Positions 10,201 through 21,855 of a stretch of DNA of 64,000 nt are shown in pieces. The notes beneath the pieces were generated by a model. It had not been told where the DNA came from. It saw only the letters and a list, made by a program, of their open reading frames with translations, and made no database searches. Numbering within the stretch: the stretch's first letter is position 1; each line of letters opens with the position of its first letter. The stretch comes from Podarcis gaigeae. Taxonomy: Eukaryota. The translations under genes and the position numbers were made by a program. The stretch is taken from the NCBI GenBank assembly GCA_964106915.2, contig OZ066918.1; one strand, 5' to 3'.

Positions 10201-13200
10201 TAGAGTCAAAGTCCCTTGAGGGAGACTCCTTTCCTGGGCTATTTTCTAAAGAATCAGGTGATTTACTAAGGGATAGCTCAGCATCCTCCATAGGAGGACT
10301 TAATTTGATGTGCTTACTGCTAAACTGACAAAATTCTGAATACTTATTTTTAACATGCTCTGTATAATCAAAATTCCTCTCAGTTTTTTCCTTTGCCACA
10401 CTAGCATGGGACACTTTAGCTGACAGTTCATGTGCTGCATGTTTTAGCTGTTCATGAACTCCATCGGGAATGCTAGCTGATAACATTCGTTTTTCTTCTG
10501 AAATTCTGACTGGAATGTGGGATGCAGTCAATGGTTCTTTTTTCTTTGAGGTTTTATCCATCACTTCACTGGGGGGCTCTCCTTCTCTGACAAAATATTC
10601 TCTATAAAGGACCTTTTTGGATGGAGATTTTACAGTCACTTCCTTCACCTCCTTTGAATGGGACCCACTCGTTGACACCTTGTGCTCATGCTCTGTCACA
10701 GTGATGAATTCACTAGCTCTGCCCAGATCTTTAGTCTCAGGGTGGTCAATGTGATTGTCTTTTACTGCATCCTGAACAAGCACATGGGACAGTTTTTCTT
10801 TTTGTGTGTTATGGGCAAATGTTCCAGGGCTTTCCCATGTCCTATAGACCTTTTTATCCCAATGCCCCTTGGCTGATGCAGTATCTGAGCTCGTACTGTA
10901 CGCCAAACCTTTCAGCTTCTGCTCTGCAAAGCCTTCTGGAACATTCTTACTTGGCATTTCATTTCTGTGTCTGAGTACATCTGAAGCAGCAGCATCTTCC
11001 ATCGCTTTGCCTTTACCCTGGGCACCATCTTTTAATTTGCTAGCAGGAGATTCCCTCTGTAATGTTATACTCCCATCTGCAAGGTCTACCTCTTTTGCAT
11101 GCTTTTCTCTTGCATAAAACTGATAGACTGGGAGCTTGCTCTCTTGCATTTTTTTCACTGGGATTTTAGATTGAGTGTCCTGCTTCTTATCATCATGATG
11201 TAGGTCCTTATTCTTTGAGCCTATGCTCTGTTCAAACTTCAGCCTAATAGAACTGAGTTTGGATTGCTTCAGCTGGAATCCGGTTGGCGAAGCCTCGGGT
11301 GTCCTACTCTTCTGAGCTGTTCCTTTCTGCTCCATCAGCTGCTTACAGTCCTCGGTCTGTTGTGTAAGGGCCCTTCTCTCGGGACTGCTAGGCAAACTAG
11401 CTGCTTTTCTTTCATCAGCTTTTGGGAAGCTCTTCCCACAATGGCCAAAGGGTCCTCCTCTAGTCCAGTCATCCTTTGAACTCTGCACCTCAGAAATCGT
11501 CACCTTTTCGGGGCTGCTGCTGGTTGAACTATGGCCAGAGTGTGCTTCTTTCCCATTCCTTTTCTGCTGCTTTTTCTCTGGAGATTGCAGTTCATCATTC
11601 AGTTTCTCTGTTTTGTCCCGGAAGAACTGTGATACTTCTGTCAGTTTTTCTTCTGCCTCCTTAACAGTCCTGTCCACCCTGTCTTCATACATCAACTTTT
11701 CTCTACCTCTGTCTAATCTGTTCTCAGTAAAGCGCATCCACATTGCGTGCTTTGGGCTACTAACATCTCCGGTATAATGTAACACTGTCACTTTATCATA
11801 ATGATCATCTTTAGACATTTTACCTACACCATTTTCTGATATATCTTTAGAGATTTTGGTGAGGATTTCTTTTGGGGGGGCTGTGGCTATTTTTTCTCTG
11901 CATCGTTTATCATGCCCCTGAAAGTCTGAGCTAAGGGGTAGAACATGGTCAGTAACTGACTCCTCAGTATCAGAGTGAGACACATCTAGCTTTTCTGAGA
12001 GCAGCATTTTCTCAGCAAACCTGTAAGACTCCCCTCTTAGTTCTGACAACTCATCGTCATGGTACTCTACTGAGTGCTGACTCAGAAGCTTCAGTGTTTT
12101 GTACGAGTCATCAGACATAAGTTGGGCAGAACTAGGGCGACTGTCTTCTTCCTGAGACACGGGAGTATTTACTCTAGAAGACTCCAGATAAGAAGGTAGG
12201 GACTCTTCTGCTGTCAGTTCTTCTTCTTCTTGCTGACCTTGTTCATCTGAACAAGGAAGAGCATCATGTTTTTCCAAATCACCTCGAGGTAAGTCTTTCT
12301 GATAAACATACATTTCTTTCTCTGGGTGCTTTTTGGTTTCTCTAATAATGACTTCAGTAGGTTCAGCCTCATTACCTTTTTCGATATGGACCTCTATTAT
12401 ACGCTCCAGTTTGGGTTTCATTTTGCTGTCCTTCTCTGTATGTTGTGGTGAAATTTCAGTAGACTTGCTAACATCTGGTGTTACCGAAGACTTATGTTCA
12501 AACAGACCTGCCAACTCTTTGGAAGGATCGCGTCCTGACTGAAAAGCTTTCATTATATCATGAACAGACATGGTTTCTTCAATTCTTTCTGAAGAACTCT
12601 CAGTGCACGGAGGCTTATGGTAAACCATTCTGGTAGTGGTAGTTATATGAGTTTCTTCTTTTACACGGACACCTTTGCCAAGAACACATTTGTGGTCTTC
12701 ATCTTCATTACTGGCTTTTATTTGAAAGGCTTTCATTTTTTCTTTGATAGACCCTCCGTTTGGCCTGGGTTCCAGTTCCATAAAAGTAGGTGCCGTTTTC
12801 GTTGATGGCGGCTCTTCTGCTTGAGGTTCGGGAACTTCTTCTGATGAAGGTTCATAGCTACGGATCACGTGAACCACCTCAGTTCTTGTCTCTGTAATGA
12901 CCGGAGGGATGGGTACATCATGGAAAAGTGGTTTCGGCCCTGTGCTCTCGGCGCTTTGTGGAGCTGAAGGAGTTTTCTCACTTCTTGTTTCAAAGCCACT
13001 GTCAGACAAAGGACTTTTGTCTTGGTCATGTTGGGAAAAGTCATCGGGAGACTCCAAAATAGTATCAGTTCCAAAAAAGGAATCTGCAATTTTACACAAC
13101 TCTTTTTCTGAAGTAGAAGGCCTCATGGAGGCTGGAGGCATTTTAAGTTTGTGTTCTTGCAATGCAATGGCTGGTTTTAAAACTCTCTTTTGTCTCTCTT

Positions 13201-14946
13201 CACCTTCTCTTTTCCCCTCTTCAAACTTGTACTTCAGACTTGCCAGAGAACTACTACCAATGTCATTCGTCAAATAATCAATGACTTTAGTCAAGTTATA
13301 ATCCTTTTCAGATACAGCCTTCGCTTTAATTTGCACCTTTTCAGGAATAGTTATAGGATGATATGTCATGCCTTGCCGTCTTGCTTCATCAATCTCATCT
13401 GTACTGAACTCTACCCATTCATCCTCAGAAGAGTGTCCTTTATCATTTTTTGATAGCTTGGTTGATGCTTTCTTTTCTAAACACACATCTTTTTTCAGTA
13501 TCTCACTAACTTTTACTAAGTCCTCTTTTACTTTCTCAACAATTTTAAAAGGTTCTTCATCATCTATTCTACCCTCCTTTGTTAGTTCTGGCTGGAATTC
13601 CTTGTCCTCCATTACATCTGTCTGCAATATCGCTGTCATTCTTATTAGGTCCTCTTTCATCTCAGCCACATCTTTTAACATCTCCTGACTAGAAGATAAA
13701 GAAGATGGTACGGACAACTTAAGAGCAGAGGGTGCTAAAAACAAGGATGATTTTATAGGAGATGAGGTTCGGTTAAAGTGAGGCTGTGTGCGTGTCTCTG
13801 TAGTCAATGTTTTAATAGGCGATAGCAACGCAGCTGCCGATTTGGTAAGGGAAGATGACTCTGGGAGCTTCTTTAGTGCTGGTTCAGACAAAACATTGAC
13901 TACAGAATATACTGGGACTGTGATAGTTGATGAAGTTACTGACGAGGTAGTTGCTGATATTGACCCAAGAGATGTGTACAATACACCTGCAGGAGTAGTT
14001 CTTATTGACTGAAAGGCTGATGGAGTTGAAGACACATGCGACCTGAGTGGAGAAAATGGGGTTGCAGTAGTGGTTGGAAACATTTTCTCAACAGTATCAG
14101 TTGCTGCGTTAACAGCACAACTTGCAGAACTGGTTGCTGCAGTGATCTTGTCTTGAAATGTGGCTGTGGCTTTAGCTCCATTGATTAAATTGGCAGGGGA
14201 CGGATATTTCAAAGGTGACATGGATCCGTTAACCATGGCTACCTCTGTATGCCCGACTGTGTGTTTCACAGGGGAAGTGAGGGATGAAGCCATCGTGACC
14301 TTAGATGGTGAAACAGCATCAACTGCTGACTTAGCAGGAGACACCACTGACTTTAAAGGTGAAGATAAAAGCGGTGATGCTGATGTGATGATTGACTTAA
14401 ATGGCAAACTTGAAGAATACATGTTAATGTTCGATTTGGGGGATGCTGGAGGCGTCATGGTAATGGATGATCTCTCCAAAAGAGACCCAGCTGTAGTCAC
14501 TGGAGATGTCCGAGAGGGGAATGCGGATGCCAGCCCTTTCAAACTAGTGGCTTCTGTTACTGTGGGTGCTCTGACGAAAGAACCAGAAGAGACTTGGATA
14601 TTATATGGAGGCTGTGAGACCACGGTTTTTATTGGAGAGGAGATTGTCCGAAATGATCTAATTGGAGAAGCTACATCGCTAACAGATTTAATTGAAGACG
14701 TAGTGGAGGCTCCTAATGTGGATTTGATTGGTGAAGCAGAAGAAACGGACCATATTGATTTTAATGGAGAAGCTGTTGGAGTGTTAGAGGAAGAGCTTGA
14801 TAGAGAAGTGAAGCCTGATTTGGAATGCCCAGGCACAGTAATTGGTGCTGTTGTCCAAGACTGATACGGTCTTGCTGAAAAGAATGGCTTGTATGAATAG
14901 GTAGCAGGTAGGGATCTTGTTGCTCCTGCACTTCGTTCAACTGTTT
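7228..14946 (-). CDS. ANK3: ANK3 giant exon (7719 nt, 2573 codons; Ser/Thr-rich domain plus tail of 480-kDa-type giant ankyrin-G)
   Basis: Uninterrupted ORF (track ORF 7157..14836 extended upstream). Acceptor aatttaag|AAACAG, with a second acceptor 6 nt inside (exon start 14940). Donor ACTG|gtgaga. Phase 1-1, length divisible by 3. Confidence 0.97.
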
Positions 14947-16345
14947 CTTAAATTGTTAAACCAAAATAATCAAACGTAAAAATCAACAAAAATGATTGAA
15001 AAACAGAGAGACCAGAGAAGAAAATTGGTCAGTAAACGTTGTAATATTACAAAAAAAGCAAGTACAACTGTTTGTATGAATTAGAATGAAGTAGGTAAAA
15101 TCAACAGCTAAACAGGTAGGGAAAAATAGGAATGAGTCACATAATTATGGATGATCCAAAATTAAAAAAAGAAAGAAAGAAACCAACATGAAATGAAAGA
15201 CAGGAAAGCACAAGGCAACCGAGTCTGCAAACAATGAAAGAACAGAAAACACATAGAAGGAAGTCCATTATGGTCCAAAGTAATAGCCACAACCAAAAAT
15301 TCTTCTCTTACTTCCTATTGACTTTCTGATGTGCTAAAGTTAAGATATTAAGTATCTCAGCTCCATTTTGCCTGTTATCAGTATGTCTTTGCTTTGTGCA
15401 AGTATCAAAATTGTCCTTTGGAAAATTTCTGTCATTATATCCTTTGCAGTTTCATTAATACATTTTATATTTACTGTATAGCAGTTTCGTTAACACAAAA
15501 CGGTGTAAACTTGTGCAAATGACATTGAGTAGCTAAAGTCTGCTTTGAAAACCACTCCGAACTATTTCATGCAGAACCCAAAATACCTTTAAGGTGACAG
15601 GCAATTGATGTGCAAACTGTGAAGCAACGGGAATAAAGTCAAAACTTTCTCTCTCTCCCATGCACATTTTGTATATGCTTCACTCTCACAAAGCCAATAA
15701 GAGCAAGACCTTTTCTGACTCAAGGATTAAAAGAACCAAAAAGGGGGAAAAAAGCTTTTTGCATTTGTTGGCTTTTTCATGCGATATTCCTTTTACTTGG
15801 TAAAACTTAAAAGATAAAAAGCTTCACATGAAAGATAAAAAGCTTCATACATAAAAAATGGGAAATATGATTAATGAAAAAACGTGAGCAAGCAAAGCAA
15901 CCAAACTTTAAATTTTATTCATGCATGATTTATCATGTCAAAAACAAGCACATGGAATAAAACAGTTTGCATGGTGTACTATGCAAAATATACAAATGTT
16001 CAAAAATCTTTCCACAGGAGGCATTTAAAAAGAAGAGTACACTTTTTCTACAAGGTGTAGTGTCTTGGTACCTTTTGAGGACAGTTTTCCTAGCAGTTCA
16101 AGGAAAGCAAGCTCAACCTTCCCTATCACAAAATTAACAGGGGGCTTCCAAAGAGAGGGACTTTTCTGTGGTAGCACCATGGTTACCATACTGCACCCCT
16201 GCCAGTCAGAGTCATCTGATGTTGTCTTCACTGTCTTCAGGTGCCAGTTGAGTCCATCTTGTCTGCCCATAGAAAGTGTCAATACTAATGGAAATTGTTT
16301 GAATATTGGCTGCTGGTCTTAATGTGCTGTTTACATTTCTGAAGA

Positions 16346-16399
<54 letters not shown>
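16346..16399. repeat. (TAT)n microsatellite
   Basis: direct reading. Confidence 0.95.
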
Positions 16400-16700
16400 C
16401 TATTTTATAATGTGGAACTTGCAAGCTGCCTGGAGACTATTTTCAAAAAAAGATGGGATATATATTTAAAAATAGCTAAGTAAATACTTAGCTGGGAATG
16501 TCAACTCTAGGAAGCTGTAATTTGAGATTAACATCACCAGTGTCTCTTAATATAGTAATGACTTTCAGAACTCCAGTCTTTTAAGTGACCAGTGGTGGCC
16601 TTCTCAGAGGAATAGCAGAAGGATTTTCCTTCTCTATCTTCAAAGCCAGCTGCATGTTAAAGCAGCTCCAGGCAGGGTGTACTGAGGCAGCTCTTCCCCC

Positions 16701-16701
<1 letters not shown>

Positions 16702-16737
<36 letters not shown>
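16702..16737. repeat. (AC)n microsatellite
   Basis: direct reading. Confidence 0.95.
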
Positions 16738-16740
<3 letters not shown>

Positions 16741-18493
16741 TATTTGTTTGCTTTCCCAGCTGTGGGCTTGCTTTGATGGCAGTAGCTGGCTACATCTGAA
16801 AAACCAAATGCCATTTAATTTTCCTAGATGCCCTGGAGTGACACTACATTGGATGCTCGAGAGCACTGGGGAATGCACAATGGCAGGTGCTTTCCCAGCC
16901 ACTGCCAACAGGCAAGCCACCAGCTGGGGAACTTGGCAGACGCAGGTGAGGCCCTGGAGCTGCTTGAAGATGCTGGGCACTTCAAAGTGTCTTCAGCTAA
17001 TGCCTTTACACCAACAGCCAGTTGTGCAGTTTTTCTCCCCTCAACCCTTCCTGTAAGGGACTCCGTGCAAATGGGTGTCATTATGGGGAAGCTGGCTCAC
17101 ATAGTCTTTGAAGAAGGGAGGCAAGGGCCACCACTGGTAATGTTATGACCCATGGCAAGAGTTCTTTTGTCATGAATGCTTAAATGGTAAAACACAGAAA
17201 CACATTAAGGCACAATCTCTTCACTAGGAACTAGCATGGAAACAAAAATACCTTCTCAGCGCAGCTTTGTCTGACATTACTCTGATATTATTTCAAACAA
17301 ACTTTTGTCAGGTTTTTTTTAAGGCAAACAATAATTATGTTCAAAATAATCAACTGGTTCTATCCAGTAAAGAGTAAGCATTGGTAGACCAGCTTCTCTA
17401 AGAGCTGTCCATTGTACAGTGGGAAATTATGTATACATTTTTCCACTGTACAGTGAGTAGTAGTTTGAAAATTTTGTACATTGGTTCTACTTCATTTGTA
17501 TTTACATTTACAACACACACATGCTAACTCTGGATCAACATGACAAGTTAAAAACCTACCTGTCGGGATGGTGGCTGATGGAAAACATGCTGAGTCCCAG
17601 TCAGGATCATATTCCCTATTTGCTCCCAAAGTTGCTATTTACTGCAGACAACATCTTTGCAGGTAAACAGCCACCAAGGGACAATTCTGAGAAGAAAAAT
17701 CAGTGCTGGGCCCTGATTCTGACTGAGGTTCCACCCAGCTGTTTTTCCTTTAAAATAAAGATTCAGCACATTTTAAAAAATGCATTTCTAATGTAAAATA
17801 TAGTTTGGCTCTCTGCTACAGCCATGTTAGTGCCCATCTACTAACAAGCCAGGTTCAAGGGCCTTGGATGAATTTACAAAGCCCTGAACAACTTAGGTCC
17901 AGGGTTCCTCAGGGACCACACAACTTGATCACTGAAATCATCTGCAGGAATGTTGCTGGACATTCCCTAAATGTGTGAGGCTCATTGGGGGGGGGGGGGG
18001 AATGCAACAAACAAACATATAAAGAACATTTTAAAAACAGCTCATCTGTTTGGTAGTGCAAACTACTACAGTGAACAGTGAACTCTTAAGTGTGTAATTC
18101 TCTTCTACATTCTCTTCAGAATTCTCTTCAAAAGTGTTTTTGATCTGTGTTTTGCTCATCAATATGTTACCAACTCCATAAAACTTACTATGATTTAACC
18201 ACCTCATCTTATTAAAGGTAGAATAGCCTGTCTTCTTTTGCTATAGAAGTACTGATTAGTGAGTCCACCCTAATGATCCTTTTAGTCCATGGATATTTCA
18301 AGAGACAAACTATGGTTTATTAGCCTGAATTTCCCAAGTTATCTGCACTCCAAAGGGTTCTTGGATAAATGGAGACTTTTGCTTGTTAAATCAGGCATTT
18401 TCCAATGACACCAAAACATGACATTTATAGAAAAAATGTCTCTTCTTGTGAAAGATCAGTTTACAGCATTAGTAGGTTTGTTAAGAAACTCAC

Positions 18494-18575
18494 TCATTCC
18501 AGGCTCAGTCAGATAGCTGTAGCGCTTACGTAAAGCAAGGGACACAAAGTTCTGTCGCCGGTCTGTTTTCTCGGT
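18494..18575 (-). CDS. ANK3: ANK3 exon (TEKTDRRQNFVSLALRKRYSYLTEPGM), 82 nt
   Basis: tttgttacag|ACCGAG ... GAATGA|gtgagt; phase 0 to 1. Confidence 0.95.
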
Positions 18576-21236
18576 CTGTAACAAAGCATACTTCCGTTTG
18601 GTACCTTTAACATACAGTTGCTGCTGTCTAGAGCAGGTTTCTTTCTTTTAATTAATGAATTAACATTCCACTTTTCAAAATATTGTCCAAAGTGGCAGAC
18701 AGAATATACCAATAATTCTTGTTTGTTTTTGTTTAAATGGGAAGATAACACACACATACCCTTACATATTTTTAGATCTTCAGGAGAACTAATTGTACCT
18801 TGGAGAAGAATATTTGCAACTAAGTGTGCTATGAGCTTATATGGAGAGTGGAGCAGTGACTTGCACTTCTTCAGCATAGCATTTTAGCCTATCACCCTAT
18901 AAAGCAGATCAGTCTCAAAGACAGGGCAACCAATGTGCTTAAATAGCTGAGTATGGATTTCACCCCATTTCTTCCACAGCAAAGTCATGCCATGAAAGTG
19001 AATGAGTATATTTTTGTCACACTTCCCCTTTCTACGAAGGCCTCATTCATTCATATATAAACTGTTTTGAGGTTTTTATTTACAATCAAGTGGTATAATT
19101 TTAAGAATGAAATAATAAAGTAAGCTAAGTTCAAGTTACAGCCCAATCCACTTCTATGTTTTTAAAGTTATCCCTGCTCACAGACTCAAATTCCACCCGC
19201 CCCCCCAATCCCTTATTTCTACCAAACCTGCACCTGAAATTACATTTTACCAACATTCAAGTCTTGTAACTGTGAGATGTGTGTTGTCTTTGAAGAATAG
19301 ATTTACAAAGTTCTCATTTCATTGCTAAAGCTTCTTGAGCTTATTTGGAGAGAACAAACATCTTGAGGCCTAATCAGGTGCTATCCAAATCTAGGATTCA
19401 ACCTCTTGGAGCAGGCTTTGGGCACACCCATTTACTCCCTTCTCACAGACTGAAGGGGATGAGGGTTCATGTTTTGTATGATCATGGGATCTACCTGACC
19501 TTATAAGACAAGTGAGTTCTGCCTCACAGGCTCAGAGATCCTTTGTTAGAACAAACATAGGATCTCCCATTCACTAGCTGTTGTCTGTTCACATTGAGGG
19601 AAGCTGGGGAAGGCTGTGGGGTGCAGCATGAGCCCAAGGCCTGCTCCTAATATCACCCCAGGTGGAATCCTGGAAAGAAAGGGGAAAAAACCAGTACTCT
19701 AACAGGCCTTGTGTCATGAAAGAAATCTATCCATTCTTAAAGTGAAAGACACAGATTTTAAAGACACATGGTATTAAGATGAATGTTGGCAAAATGTAAC
19801 ACCAAAAACATTGTTAGTAATTTAGAGAACGTGTAAAACATGGCCAGATATCACACACCTGTTTCTTTAAGGAACCTTTGTGAGTTGCTAAGCTTTAATT
19901 TTTGTATTACAAAGCACCATCATTGTAAATCCCCCATATCATATAGCTAGCATTTTAGTAATCATTTTTGGCACACACAAGGCTGCAGTTAGACATGTAA
20001 AATATCATTACAGCTGTAACTTAGGCCAGCCAAATAAGTTCTTCAAAAATCAATTTGTTGCAAAAGCACATATATCACAATGTACACCTACTTTAAAGGA
20101 ACTACATAAAGGACAAAGATAAATAAATGAAAAGAGGAATGGACTGGGATTTTTATAAATATGCACAAATGCAGGGATGCAGATTAGAAAGCAGGTTACA
20201 ATCACTAACAGATTACAACTTGCTTCAAAATCTCTATACGGGTTGTAGATCTGTTTTTAGTAAAGTTTCTAGATGCTAATAGTGGGGTGTTTTTAAAGAT
20301 ATATATTTAGTTTGGTAAGAAAATAGGACAAGTCAAAAAGTACTTTTGGGTTTTTTGTTTAGACGACCAATCCTCATGGGCTGTTATAATATCTAAAGAT
20401 GCTGTCCTGCTAAGCTCAATCACATTTTAAGGCCCTATTGATTTCAGTGGGAGAACAGAACACAAGCTTAACTTCCTCCCACTGAGATTAGTGCTTAACT
20501 TTGCCTGAATCATGCTTTCATCTTCCTTTACACTGTGTCTCCCAGTGAACAAGAGAGTCATAAATTTCACAGAGACAACAGTCAGAAACCATGAATCCCA
20601 TGGTGCTGATCCATCTGCTTCCTCCAAGGGAGCAAGTGGCTTCCAGCTTCCAGTCAGGAGCCATTCTTCTAAAGGTAATTATTGCAGGACCACTAGGCCT
20701 GGGATACCCGAGCAAAGGATTTGCTGGGTCTCAGTTGCCTATTGGGTATTGGGGGGAGGAATGGACAGGCAAGACAGTGTGGTTTGCTGTATTAAAGAGG
20801 ATTAAAAATACTGTCTAGCTGGAACTAAGGAAGTGGAAGGAAAATAGCTTCTCTGCTGCTCCTCACCTAGATGAATAGCAATGGGTATAATCAAGGGATC
20901 TCCTTCAAAACCTCATGCATGCATCCAGTGGTCTGTTTCTCTCTGGGTGTACAAGCTATTCCCGCAAAGAGGAGAAGGCAGAATGCTGGGGTCTCTGTGT
21001 GAAGCAAGCATGCAAGAGCTCCCCACAATTGGTAAACGGTCAGGTGCTTTGCGTTGTGCAAAGCAGAAGACATAGAATATCTAAGTCTAGTGAAGAGTGA
21101 GGGCAGAGGGACAGAGGCTAGGCTCATATTGTTCCAAGCACATGTTATTAGCTTCATTTATTTGGTTTAGTAAATCTTTTTTGTGATACCATATATCTTT
21201 AATGGATAAGAATTCTGATTATAATAAAAAGTAAAA

Positions 21237-21376
21237 NNNNNNNNNNNNNNNNNNNNNNNNNNNNNNNNNNNNNNNNNNNNNNNNNNNNNNNNNNNNNNNN
21301 NNNNNNNNNNNNNNNNNNNNNNNNNNNNNNNNNNNNNNNNNNNNNNNNNNNNNNNNNNNNNNNNNNNNNNNNNNNN
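21237..21376. other. assembly gap (140 N)
   Basis: run of n. Confidence 1.
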
Positions 21377-21732
21377 GAGCACAAAAAATGCAAGCTAATT
21401 TATAAAAGGCAAAACAAACCCAAAATGTCAACAGAATATAAATTAACAAACAAAACTTTACATCGAATGCAAATCAACACATGACATTACTAAAAGCATA
21501 AAGTATATGAACTGTAAGCTGAAGCATGAATTGTAAACGGAGGACCCGGTAATCAAAAATTGCAGAAATTCAGCACCACAGTAACAAGTCTCAAAAAGCT
21601 TTCTGCATACATGAAAACATTAAGACATAAAACAGGCTTAATCAGATTGCAAAGCATTCGCATTACTAGTGGTTCATTACAATCAGCAAAAAGAAAAAAA
21701 GAAAGAAATTAAACTAGCCTTAGTGATCGTAC

Positions 21733-21855
21733 CTTTTTGTGTGCTGGCAAGGTGATATTCAAATTGCAAACAGCTGTTTGCGGCAGACCCTTTGTAGTCT
21801 TTGGTTCTTTCAGAAATGATAAGCGACCACAAGGTTCTTGGCTGGTGTCTCTAAT
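21733..21855 (-). CDS. ANK3: ANK3 exon, UPA end ([41 protein letters not shown]), 123 nt
   Basis: atatatag|ATTAGA ... AAAAAG|gtacga. Confidence 0.95.

Noticed and set aside
7680-14864. Many plus-strand ORFs (e.g. 14160..14864, 8922..9437)
   Set aside because: Antisense shadows of the low-complexity giant exon; no independent homology or start context.
17251-17281. 30-nt AG..GT bounded segment upstream of the giant exon
   Set aside because: Has an immediate TAA in the phase-1 frame this intron requires.
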